Counted from the stretch's first letter, positions 12,901-24,473 are shown. The stretch is DNA of 64,000 nucleotides from Amphiscolops sp. MND2022 (GCA_964187785.1 OZ076416.1:3348001-3412000), one strand, 5' to 3'. Notes: generated by a model not told the origin, from the letters alone. Program-made: numbers and translations.

Positions 12901-14121
12901 CCACAGCAATTGGCTGACTTGACACTGGCAGAGGTGGAAGAACTGATCCCTGTCATTGCCCCAGTGTTGATCCCCATCTTTGGAGCTTTGGGTGTACTGC
13001 GTTACCCAACCAAACCCGTCTCCATGGCAATCCAGGTAGCAACTGTCTCGATATCTACAAAGAAGTCCACCCATGTCGTACGAATGCATGACCCAAGAAA
13101 CGCTGAGCGGTGAGATGCTTCAGGTGTACACAACCAAAAAAACTGAGCTTCAAGCCGAGGAAAAAATGATGGGCGTTATTCGTGCCCGCACGCGCAAGGC
13201 CGCAGTGCTTCCTCGTGAGTACGGACCAGTCAACTGGTACAACGCATCAGTGGACCTTCACGGACGCCCTTTCCGGTTCCCTTGGACTGTGGACTTCGTT
13301 AAGAAGACTATCAATGCCAGTCTGGGTGCGAGTCCCACGGTTCGCTCAGATTACAAATTCAAATTTATCAAGGTACCCAACCGCTACTGGAATGAGCCTG
13401 TAGGGTATCCCCGTGCTCGTTCTATTGGGAGCGGCCAGGAGCTTCTGAACCACCAGCTTTCGCCACACTGAATATGCGAATGTGCCACAGTGGATCAGTG
13501 TCGCTGCGCAGGTGCGTGACCGCAATCTTTCCCGCCGGATGGTCCCGATACAGTATGAGCCAGTCTGGCGCCCTCAAGGCTGCATGACGATGTCGGGAGA
13601 CATGCCACTGACACTGCTGGATATCGTGAACCAAGTGCTAGGTGGAGAAATGCGCGCTCAGTGGGACGACGAATGTCTCCACTTAGAGGTGACGAATTTT
13701 GAAACCTGGAAGAAAGCATGTGCGCTTTGGAAGCAGAGCGGATGGATCTCCAAGCGAGTAGCTCTAGCAGCTCACCATCGCGCTGAAGAGGAGCGTGTTC
13801 TGCGCTATGCTCCCACACTGTCTCAAAGCACCACCGCCCCCGTTATGGCCGTCCTTAGAGCAAACTCTCACTGTGGAAGCTGCATCCTTGGAAAGTGAGG
13901 TTACCGACGAAACAGCAATGCCTGTAGCCCCAAGTCCTTCCGGAGAGCACACTGCAGAACTTACGCCCAATGCGGCACTAGCTGACCCCATTGGCAAGTT
14001 GACGATTGACACAGAGGCGGAAGCAAGGGTACCTTCGCCTGCTCGACGTGTGTCTACGAGCGATGTCCCACCCCACAAGGAAAATTCTCCTCGTAGCCGA
14101 AACAGATCTGCTGCCCAGTGA
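9904..14121 (+). pseudogene. A1 ORF3, broken by several frameshifts and stops; homolog of A2 ORF3
   Basis: Shared blocks with A2 ORF3: AGITALLAQLE/TGMTMLIAQMQ, MMDST/FMDST, EMAEV, FVSPPG, APNLR, DDA..(Y/F)D.GM....FDENG, LIP.IAP...PIFG....LRYPT.P, IRAR.R. Confidence 0.85.
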
Positions 14122-14909
14122 ATAATGCACCTCTGCCAATACATAAGTGAGCCCGAGGGCTCACCCAAAGCCATCAGAAGCTAAGTTCTCTTTGCCGTTT
14201 GCCTACTACAAACTCCGATTGAACTCTTTAGCCTTATCTTGGTGCTTCATTAATTATGGTGCAATTTTAGTTGATAGTTAGTACCTGTTAGTAAATCAAA
14301 TGATTTCACTGCTTGCCTTGGGTGTACGGTCATTGAGTGCGCCTGCCCCTCGTGCTGAGATTGCGTTAACAAAGTTCAACAAAAAGAGACAAACAATCAT
14401 TGTTTTTCCTTCACGAAAGCCTCCAATGACGCTCGGAAAAAGAGATCCAGGTGCATTAGCACAGCAGACGAGCGAAAAGATCTTTTAAAATGGTCTGACA
14501 CTCTTACGTTGAGTCGTGTATGTTCTATCGATTGAAAATTTTTGAGTTGAGCAGATGCGCTCTTACAAAAGATATCTTTAGCAAAAAACTGAAACAAAGA
14601 CGAATCCTGACCAAAGTGATAAAAAATTTTTTTAGCAGGCACTAGTTGCAAAAAAGCGTTTTAACCAGCCAAGGGTGCTTCAGATGGCTTTAGCCATCGA
14701 GAATTTCTAGCTCTCGCACTGGTGCTATAAACGACTCAGTTTTTTTGTAAAAATACTAGGTTTTGCAGTAAAATTGTCATAGAATCTACAAGGCAATGCC
14801 CTAGGTAGCTGTTCTATGCAACGGCGGTCTGGCTTCAAGATGATGTATCCACAGCCTGTGTGAAATCCTATCTTCAACGTAGGCCCCTACGATGTTTGCC
14901 AGGGACGAC

Positions 14910-14937
14910 AAGCCAAGCCAGGAGCCCGGGGATTGGA
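14910..14937 (+). promoter_or_regulatory. A1 polypurine tract region
   Basis: AAGCCAAGCCAGGAGCCCGGGGATTGGA lies immediately before TGTAACG; A2 has CCCGGGGAGGA at the same position. Confidence 0.65.
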
Positions 14938-15670
14938 TGTAACGGCATCCTGTGGTCAACGAGGATTTTTGAAATTTTCGAAGTTTGCTGAAAAATTCGT
15001 TCAAGGATGACGTGGCACTCAAACATGGTTTTTCTCGAAGTACCTGCCACAAAAAGCATAGAAGGCTGAAAGAGCAGACCCCGCGAAGCGGAGAGAACCG
15101 AATGTACGCAAAATGAACCTACGAAGTGGCCCGAGTGCCTAGCCTATGCGCTAACTTTCGAAAAAACCCACGGTGACAAGATGAAAATTGAGTTTGTATC
15201 GTGCCGGACCATCCTCATGCTGAAATAATTGCCATTCCCGGACCCAGGATTGTGATCAGCCCAAGAACCGCCGGTGCTATGCCACCTAGATTCAACCGCT
15301 TGCCAGGAACTGGATTTGACTCTTTTATGAGGCTGTTTTAGTGATTTGTTTGATTAATTTATTATTCGAGAGCTTTTGATGTTATTTACGATTCTGGACA
15401 ATTCAATTGAGCTCTATGCAACTAGCCCCATTTTTATAGGCTGTCTAGACGGTGGTTATGAGAGGAAAAAGCATAATGCCCGTTATTCTCAGCAATAAAA
15501 GACTGGAACAGGTCAGAGAGCATCCCTAGAGACGGTTCCCCCTCCTCGGGACCGGCTTCCTTAGGAGGACAAAATGGACTGGAGTTATGGTGATTAGTCC
15601 CGAATCTTAATCCATGGCATCAATTCCTCCACCCTGTGTAGCGAACAAACGCTAAGCGCTTTTCATTACA
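14938..15670 (+). repeat. A1 3' LTR (733 bp)
   Basis: Starts TGTAAC and ends TTACA (inverted termini); preceded by the PPT; joins directly to element B gag sequence at 15671. Confidence 0.8.
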
Positions 15671-16229
15671 TGTGATGATCGGCCTTCTCTTGTCTGTTTT
15701 CATTTATAATGATGGATTCGTCCAGTGTGTTTTCAGTAATCCCAAGGGGAGTGTATGGTTGTCTTAATTCACTCATTTCAGATGGATAGAACCGATCATC
15801 CTGATTCTTATTTTTGTCTAGAGCTGTGTTTGATGCGTGTTTGTTTCTGAGACCCTTATTTTTATAGTTAGAAGGACCAGGTTGGTTATTCTCGGCATCC
15901 TCTTCATCAGTTATTACTATGTAGTTTTTGTTTGTTCTAATCTCCTTAAGTATCTCTTCAAATTTGTTATTTAGATGCTCTTCAATCTGCGACATCTTGT
16001 CGTTGTTCTGTTCTGTTAGTCTTTGCGAAATAACTTCTATCTCATTGCTTATTTGAGACGGTTCTGTTAGTTCACTGCCTAAGTTCCTGTCAAAAATATT
16101 GTTAACATTTTCAGAAACATTATTTAAAGTCGCATTACCTTGTGCGAAACTAGTTTCTGGTGTATTTTCGTCTCTGTCTGAAGACTGAGATGTAGTTCTT
16201 CTTGTCCTTCTATTCCTTCTGTTCCCCAT
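15671..16229 (-). pseudogene. gag: Second copy of the 5' part of element B gag (first 187 codons), cut by the A1 LTR
   Basis: Near-identical to 30568-31126 (two substitutions seen by eye); ends at the A1 LTR junction TTACA|TGTGATG. Confidence 0.9.
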
Positions 16230-16384
16230 GTTGAAAACAGTTTTGATTGAAGAAAATCTTTGAATTTCAAAGATATAGGGTGAAATGAAAGTTGGGAATT
16301 ATTTTACAGAAAAGAGAACTGTAAATTCAGAAACTGCAAAGTTGTTTGGGTTTGAATTTGAACAACTGTTCTGTTCGAGTGTTA

Positions 16385-17493
16385 TGTTGCGAAGGATCGT
16401 GGAAAAATGATTTTTAAGGGGGGCCTTCTCAAGTGATTTTATTGGGCGGTATTTTTAGTTGCATGACCATCAAATTTACTCAAATCATCATAACGTCATA
16501 TATCTAGGGTCAAATGTTAAAAACATGATATTACGTCAGACTCCTGGAAGGTCTAAATATAGCACTGGGACTCACAACAGCTTAACACTAAGAATTCTGC
16601 AAATTATGCTGTTTTACATCATAATGCAGTATATGCAGTCTTATGAAATCCTCATAATGCAGTATAATTTTACCAACTGAAATAAGAATCATTATGCTGT
16701 TTTTCAGTTAAAACTTCATACTGTTTTTGTCAAGTTTCCGCATATGCTGCTCCCATATTGAAACGTCATGCTGTTTCCACGGGATTTCCGCATATGCTGT
16801 TTCCAATCTGAACCGTCATGCTGTTTCTGCTAGATTTCCGCATATGCTGTTTTTAACTCAAGTCGTCATGCTGTTTTTGTTGAATTTCCGCATAATGCAA
16901 TACAAAGCATGAACTACACTGCGCATATAATCATTATGCTGTTTCTTTAATAAAATCGCATATGCTGTTTCTTTAATAAAACCGCATATGCTGCTTCATG
17001 AAAACCGCATAATGCCGCATAATCAGTACCAAATAGATGTACTAGATCATTATGCTGGTTTCTAAATGAATCATCATACTGTTTTTGATCATTTTCTTCA
17101 TGATTGAACTACAAACGCTCTGATGTGGTACAGATATATAAGACCATTGGATTTAATTCCTTTCTATGTTTTAGGATGGTAAAACAAAGGTTTAGCACTG
17201 TATTGGTAACTTAGGTGTTACCTTTCCAGTTATTTTTCAATTAATCAAAGCACCTTATGGGTGAAACAATAACGACAGTAACGACGTTCAACAATCATCA
17301 TTTTAGATGAAATGTACAAACGAAAGCAACATTTTATTAAACGAACAATAACCAACATTGTTTAAGTTTAAATTTGAAATGTTCATTAAGTTCCTGTCCA
17401 TATTCGGGTAGACAGTTACAATGATGGGTGAACAGCGTTGACTGCTTCACTGATGTTGCACCCCGGACATCTCGCACGGGTAGGTCGGCGACA
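16385..17493 (-). repeat. Element B 3' LTR (1109 bp), shared with a downstream second unit
   Basis: On the minus strand it starts TGTCGC and ends GCAACA; AATAAA about 50 nt before the end; four substitutions versus 31282-32390 seen by eye. The outer end is fixed by the end of homology; the inner end is inferred. Confidence 0.65.
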
Positions 17494-18394
17494 GTCCAGC
17501 ATTTTTGAAGCAGATCAGCGCTGCTCCAAACCCATCAACAAATGCTCTTGACCTCACATTGCGATCGCGAATTGTTTCGTCGGGGTATTCGGACCACGCA
17601 ACATAATGAGTGAGCGTCTCGACGGCGATTTGGTCATAAGTTTTGGAACAGCCTGCACAAAAGCCTGCCACTTCAGGCATCACTGGAGGGTTCATTTGCA
17701 ATATGGGTCCGTTAGGTGGTCCCTGAGACTGAAACTGAGCTTGACCATTGAAGTGTTGTTGAGGATGTGTAATATTGTTCCAATTATTTGGGTAAAATGG
17801 AACGGGCATAGGCAAGTAATTTGCTTGCATAGATGAGTGTGCTTGTACTTCTGGAGCCCTTCGTTGTTCGGGTATTACTACTGAGAAGGCGCTCCTGCTG
17901 CTTGGTACAAGAGGGGGATTTACTGTCTCTCTTGTCACTTGAGGGGTTCTGACCATGGGTTGTACCCTTTGAACTGGGCGGCCATAGCTGTTCCTTCCAT
18001 TCTGCTCCACATTAGCGAAATCGGCACCAAAGAACGGATCATCTTCTTCTGATGATGAACCGATAAAAGTCAGGGAGGATATATTAGATATATCATCCAT
18101 GAGGTCCATTAGCTCGTTCTCAATCTGGGAGCCCCTGGTATCGATTTGTTGGCCAACACTTCCTTGTGGACTGACACTGTTAGGGAACAATACTGCATTT
18201 GCTGTCCCTATGAAAGCTGTGGGCATGTCCGTCAGAGGGTATGGAACAGATCTAAATCTTTCATCAAGATCGTTCACTGAGAGGGGTTCCACCATAAATT
18301 CCTCTCCCGAACTACTCGAGATATTGATCAGTTCCATTGTAGGGCTCGTTGAAAGAATTCTCGTAGGGATCGAGATCCGTGGTGTACTTTCCAT
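17447..18394 (-). CDS. Element B ORF-X, 315-aa orphan protein overlapping the start of the 3' LTR
   Basis: Intact ORF; S/P/Q/N-rich N-terminal two-thirds; C-terminal FCAGC (CxxC) region; stop codon lies 45 nt inside the LTR. Confidence 0.7.
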   Translation of the reverse strand: MESTPRISIPTRILSTSPTMELINISSSSGEEFMVEPLSVNDLDERFRSVPYPLTDMPTAFIGTANAVLFPNSVSPQGSVGQQIDTRGSQIENELMDLMDDISNISSLTFIGSSSEEDDPFFGADFANVEQNGRNSYGRPVQRVQPMVRTPQVTRETVNPPLVPSSRSAFSVVIPEQRRAPEVQAHSSMQANYLPMPVPFYPNNWNNITHPQQHFNGQAQFQSQGPPNGPILQMNPPVMPEVAGFCAGCSKTYDQIAVETLTHYVAWSEYPDETIRDRNVRSRAFVDGFGAALICFKNAGLSPTYPCEMSGVQHQ

Positions 18395-19154
18395 TGTCTG
18401 ACTTTGAATTTGTTTGATTCCAGTTAGGTTTCAAGAGTTAAACACGATATGATCGTTAGATTCTCAAGGAATTTATCAAAGAGAGTAGAAAATAAGCGAC
18501 TAATTTTTGGAGATTTTTGATCAGAATGATAAGGTTTTATAGTTTTTTGCTGGGTTATGGGGGTTTTCTTACAAATAGCACCAAAACATATCTCGAATTA
18601 CCCATTTCCCGGGTTTTCAGGTAATTTATCATGAGATACGAAGGGAGTAGCACCGGTAAAATTGTTAATGTCACATAAACAATCATCAGATCTTGAAATT
18701 TTCGTTTCAATTTCTTTTATGTTTCAATTGCCGTCTTCTTATTCCAACTGGTTTATTTTAATTACTCATAATCAAATATACGATAGGTTCATTCAGGTTT
18801 ATCGAAGTAAAAGTTTTCACACCTTCATATCATCATTCACTCCTTCTGACGCAATAACTTGATTCATATTTTCACCATTGTATGACAGATGATATAAAAA
18901 TAAATAGTTATTCGCATCATATGCTGTGCACTGAAATCATCATAATGCATCATAATTCTATCTACCAGTTCCATTATCACATTATGCTGTTCATCATCCC
19001 TTTCCGCATAATCACATTATGTTGTTTTGTAAACTTTCCGCATAACTGCGCCCTGTTATTGTGTAGATTTCCGCATAATCTAGCTTCTACGTGTTAACAG
19101 TGCATGCACATTAACTTGGTCATACTGGCAGATACTTTCAAGCCGCATACACTC

Positions 19155-19210
19155 TCTCAGCCAATCAGATTTAAGATGAATTGCGTACATTGTGAAACTG
19201 ACGTCACTCA
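19155..19210. promoter_or_regulatory. Candidate bidirectional promoter core (CCAAT box plus CRE palindrome)
   Basis: GCCAATCAG at 19160-19168 and TGACGTCA at 19199-19206, between two divergently oriented genes (ORF-X and the antisense gene). Confidence 0.4.
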
Positions 19211-19558
19211 TTTGCTTTATTGCCTTCATTTTGATAGCCACGCCTTTCTTCTTGCTGTAATACTTGTGTATTATTGTCTCTTTATCTCAAAGTTTTGATC
19301 GAAAATAAATTCCGTTTAACGGTATTTGTCGTATAGTAATTCCCAGACAGCTCATTGTTAATTGTCATCTCCTTCCATTATCTTCATTTAGAATTCTATT
19401 TTAATCGTTTCTCCCAGATTTTCTTCATCAGAGTCATTCATCTACTTCTGTTTGTTATAGTTACTGTCTTGTCTACTCGATTTTTGTTTTGATTGTTTCC
19501 TGCCACCAGTTTTATACTTTGGATCCCATATCTATCTTTATTGTGGACGTTTTCCCTC

Positions 19559-22500
19559 ATGGAACGCAGCGAGATTGGAGAACAGACTGACGAGGTGCCG
19601 ACACAAGGTTTGTATTTTTCGGATTACTTTCGCCCAATTTAATTAAAATGGAGCGCGGGGTTCAAAGATTTAGTTTCAAACAATCATCACAGGCACCTTT
19701 GTGAATCCTGCTCCGATTGTTGAACAAATTTCTGTTTTCACCAACCGTCCACAGGTTTTAATTCCGGATTTCCTGTTTCAAGTCGTGAACAATTTTTCGA
19801 ACTAGTTCTGTTTGTTTAAAGTGAGAGTTGATCAGGCTCCCACTATTTTAAACAGTCGACTATCGTCATTGACTATTTCTTATTTTCCAAATTTCTTGAT
19901 TTCTCTTGTGTTTCAGCTGTCCCTAGTTCTGATTCTCATCTTCAGATTCCAACTTCATCCAATAATCTGGCTCTACTGCTCTCATTCGGTGATCCTCCTC
20001 ACCATTCGACCCCCGATCATCAGCTCAGCTACCAGGAAATACCAGACGCATCTATTGATGCCGACGGAATAAGACACTCCATTGACAAGAGCATGGATCC
20101 TGAGGAGTATAGCAATCCCGCCGCTGAAACTGCAATCAGTTTCCTTGCACCACCAAGCGCACCCATTTCTCCAAACAGGAACGAGTCTGACAGTTTACTT
20201 GGGGCAAATCTTGCTCAAGTCAGGGACTCTGATGCAAACAATACGTCAGGGGACATCAACGTCACTGGGTCTTCTTCCGAGAAAACATGCAGGTCACCCT
20301 TTTCTAGTTTTCTGAATAGGGGAACATTGCCTATTGCTGAGAAAAGTGCGACTCATGATACCGCAGGATCTGCCATACCAGCCACTTCTCAGCCGGCTGC
20401 AGCCCCTACTTTCGCTACTAGTTCTGATTTGCAAGCGCTGGAACAGCGTATGCAGGTGTTAGTATCTGAAGTCACGACCGCCATCAGTTCCAGACTATTG
20501 GAACAGTTCGCCATTTCTCCTATGGGGACAACTACAACTGCGTTACAAACTGAAACTAGTGGTACACACGTTGATTCGTCACTTGTTGCTTCTCCTGTGA
20601 GCACCATTGAAGAGATTCCTTCGCTCACCTCCCGGAAAACTCGTCGAGGGCGAAGACAAACTCAGCTTAGAGAGGATAGTCAATTTCAAGATTCTCAAGG
20701 AGAACATCCTTCGGCCTCTAAGAGGCCTAGACCGCGACTGCAGTTAACAGGAAGTATGTATAGGAAACATCCAATTTTCAAATTTTTTGTTACTGCACCT
20801 ATTGATGCTGAAAACAATCCACACAAGTGGCGTTGTCGAGTTTGCCAGATTGAGTTATTTCGCAAAACTAAAGGGTCGCTCGAGATACTGTCCCATTACA
20901 AGACAGATGCACACTTACTTCGGGAACATCGTATCCGAATGGAGACACCGGGGTTACCACTCTACGGTCGCGATGAAGTGGAGCTTACTGGACAAGAGTT
21001 GGACAGCGCACGTGAAAGAGCTGAACTCGCCATTCCTATTACACCTGTCCTCGGAGAGTGCTATTTACTGCCTGGGCAGAGGAAACTTCCAGTCGCCACA
21101 GACAGTCTGGAACCTTGTGCAGTTATTTGTTCCCAAATTCGGATTCTACTCATTGGTCTTCAAAATGAAGGGAACGCAGACATTTTGTCATCACTTTGGA
21201 CAAACCTCAGCATGGAGGTCCGTGGGCCGACTAAGGTCCCGCAGTATGATTGGAGAAACAGGCGCATTTTCGTAAGTATTGCTTTTTAATATCCAACATT
21301 TCGGTGTACCTCATCTTAGAAGTTTTCTTATTTTCGAGGGTATCCTCGTCTACATGTTCCGGACTTTGTTGTCCTACTCTACTACTTCCATTGGACAATC
21401 GGGCCAATTTTCTCTCAAGGTCAATTCAACTTTTGACAATGTGCAAGTGTTTCTGATCTTCTGGTCCGGGAACGTTCTCAACCAACTCCTTCTAGCTGAG
21501 ATTCCCCACGTTCTTTTGACTGCTAAATGGATCCTCCAAGTTGTTTGTTCTTTCCTTGCAGTCTTCCCTACGATACCCCCACTTCATTCCCTTTCGGGCT
21601 TCGATAGTCGTACTTCAAAGTCTCTTGCCTTGGAATTGATTCAGGCTCCGGTTGTGTGTGTCGTCCCCACTTTCTCTTTTGAGGATCTGGATATAGTTCT
21701 CGCAGGTCCCACAGGCAAAATTCTGGATCGCTATGACTACCACAGCGTGTTACAATTTCTCCTCAAGAAGTTGCGAACTGCCTCCGGATCTGCATGGCTC
21801 AATGATCTTCCTGAACTACGTAAAGTAAGCATTCCTATTATTCTTTAATGCCTCATTTTTAAATCTTTATACAAGTACTAAGTGGTTCACGGCGCCATCT
21901 ATCTGGTGCGTCGTTACAGGGAGTGTTCCCTAATATAGCATATTATGCTTTTATGCTGCTTTATGAAATCCGCATAAGGTAGCATAAAGAGTGGCTGAAT
22001 TTTGTTGTATTTTGTGTGTCTTCATTATGCAGTGAAACAGGGTGCCCGGTATATCACTATGGTGTTTCATTTAATATGCGGCTTGTTGTTTTTCGTAACC
22101 CGCATAACACGTTCTTTCACGTCATTTTCTCCTAAAAACGCGTAATTATTTTTTCTTGTGCTGTTTTTATTTGTGAGTTGCATACTGATTTTCTTCTTAT
22201 GCTGTTTTCTTCTGAAAACTGTATACTGATTTCTTCTTATGCTGTTTCCTTCTGAAAACTGTATACTGATTTCTTCTTATGCTGTTTTCTTCTGAAAACC
22301 GCATAATGGTTTCTTCTATGCTGTTTTCTTCTGAAAACCGCATACTGGTTTCTTCTTATGCTGTTTTCTCCTGAAAACCGCATAATGGTTTCTTCTTATG
22401 CTGTTTTCTCCTGAAAACCGCATAATGGATTCTTCTATGCTGTTTTCTCCTGAAAACCGCATAATGGTTTCTTCTATGCTGTTTTCTCCTGAAAACCGCA

Positions 22501-24253
22501 TACTGGTTTCTTCTTATGCTGTTTTCTCCTGAAAACCGCATAATGGTTTCTTCTATGCTGTTTTCTTCTGAAAACCGCATAATCCGCATTATCTATGCTC
22601 TATACTGTTTCACATCCTATGCGGAGTTCGGAAAACCGCATAATGCGTCAGGATTGTGGATTTTTTCCGCATTTTAGTGCATTGTCATAATTGTCATTGT
22701 AGTATTGTTGTTTTAGGCCATCTCCAGCCTTAAATACACGCACGAAGAGTCCATTGCTGTCCTTGAACAACTTTGCAAGAACTGGAATAAAGTCATGTCT
22801 CACCTTCGGTTGGCTGACCGCCTCAAAGCGTTCAAGTACCACATGAAAGAGGTATATTTCGGCCTTACACTTCATTGATTATTATTTTCTTCTCTCTTAT
22901 TCCTTGATTTTCTTTTCAGCCAAAGAGCCTTGACGAAATATTTCATAAGGACAAGTCGTACTCTGCCAAATTGTATCTGATTCGGAATGTTCTCCTACAT
23001 TGTTAGTCTCTTCCTTTTGTTGGGTTATCCATCGATTGTGCCCAGCTTATTATTTTTTATGTTTAGATCAATCAGCCTTCAAGGGAGTAGTTGGAACTTC
23101 GTCACCTAACAATTTCCGCATCTATAGTTCTTTTGCTACATTCGTTTATAGCCAACTTCAGACTTTTCTCCCTGATTCTTTCCTCGGCGACGTTTCCAAT
23201 TGGGATCGTTTTCTATCTATCGACCTTTCATCTTCTGATCTTCCTCTAAAGACTGCGGCCGAGATTTTGCAAGATAAAGATTTCGCTGGCTTGGTCACAG
23301 GGAGCAACTTACCAACTCCCACACATTTTGCTGAACAAGTCCTTTGCTTCCACAAGAGCTTTTGTGAACTTTTATTAAAACATGAGCTGTGCCAATCCCA
23401 ACTTGTGAGAGGGTTCTCTATCTTTGACGAAGCGGTAGTGCGATACGGAGAAGAAGTTGATTATACCCATGGGTCAGAAATTCTTTGCGATTACTTCATT
23501 CGGCAGAAGTGGGTTTCATCTGCAACCAAACCCTTGGTTCTTAGTGAATACCGCTCTTTCGTGGAAAAGTTCAGGTCCCATGAAATCAGTTACGAAGGTG
23601 ATTGGGTTACTTTCCTTGCCAACTATTACGAGCTTCATTGCCGAGAGAATCTGTTTACCATTTTCAAATTGTGTTGCCTCAGTTCATCTGGTGTTATTGT
23701 TTTGCCACCTAATTTCATCCTGAGTGTTCCGGAACTTGCTTCAGATGTCAACGATTTTAACTCTTCGGTCCGGTGTGTTCAGTCATCTCTTGTCGGTATC
23801 CCAAATGCTTCTGAATTATTTACGAACCCCAGACTGTGTCTTCAGTCTTCTCCTTGCTTGGGAGGGAACATGTTTTATTTGAAGATGAACATCTATCAGT
23901 TTGGGATGTAACCTCCTCGTGCTCATCACGGAGGCGGAGGCTTGTTAATCAGTTGGATTCCCGCTATACTTGTACCGTTACGGACGAGGAAAGATTATGG
24001 GTATCTTTACAAGCCAGTCCTAAGTCATCTAGTTCGAATGTTGTCCGAAGTCCTCCTAAATTTGCGACTCCTTCTCCTATTCGGACAGGGCCAGGACCAT
24101 CAGGGACAGCAGGAAGGAGTTCCAATAAGTCCCCTAATCTTGCCTGTTGTCTCTATGACCCGAGTTGTTACTGATGTGTCGTTTCTGTCTGATGTACGGC
24201 CAACTTCACCAAAGAAATTGACTGTCAAGAAGAAGAATTCTGGATGCAAATAG
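19559..24253 (+). CDS. Spliced gene antisense to element B, about 1050 aa, resembling a catalytically dead hAT transposase; two apparent frameshifts in the last exon (near 23833 and 24130)
   Basis: Exons 19559-19607, 19917-21271, 21339-21824, 22920-23001 and 23067-24253 have GT/AG ends and consistent phases (1,0,0,1). CX2CX16HX5H finger (WRCRVC...SHYKTDAH); RNase-H-like FSLKVNST...VFLIFW...TAKWI...SGFDS; C-terminal LVRGFSIFD...EYRSF...DW..F...LFTIFKLCCLS. Confidence 0.7.
22199..22580. repeat. 39-40-bp palindromic minisatellite x10 inside intron 3 of the antisense gene
   Basis: Unit ATGCTGTTTTC-T(T/C)CT-GAAAACCGCAT-A(A/C)TGGTTTCTTC(T)T; ATGCTG starts at 22199, 22239, 22279, 22318, 22358, 22398, 22437, 22476, 22516 and 22555. 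Confidence 0.95.
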
Positions 24254-24473
24254 ATCCTTTTCTCAAATTGTTTCAACATTCCATGATGCAAATTTTGTCA
24301 TTTATGTATTTATTGTTTGTTCTCCTTCCAGGATATTTATACCTGGGATGGTTTCCTCATTTTGTAAAGCCTTTCGGCTTTGGTTTTGATTAAAGAAAAG
24401 AAAGAAAATTGAGAATTAAGAGGCTGAAAGGGCAGTCGTATATAGTTGAAGTCTTTGAGTCTCTATTTTGTCT

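Larger units (their letters stand above)
9095..15670 (+). mobile_element. Element A1: 5'-truncated, decayed Ty3/Gypsy LTR retrotransposon related to A2
   Basis: Macrodomain and ORF3 fragments homologous to those of A2, in the same order; PPT-like CCCGGGGATTGGA then an LTR bounded by TGTAA...TTACA. The left boundary is approximate. Confidence 0.85.

Noticed and set aside
16415-16423. TAAGGGGGG as the PPT of element B
   Set aside because: It is on the plus strand, opposite to B's coding strand, and lies inside the LTR.
22316-22589. ORFs of 61 and 77 aa on the minus strand
   Set aside because: They are translations of the 39-40-bp minisatellite (repeating MRFSGENSI).
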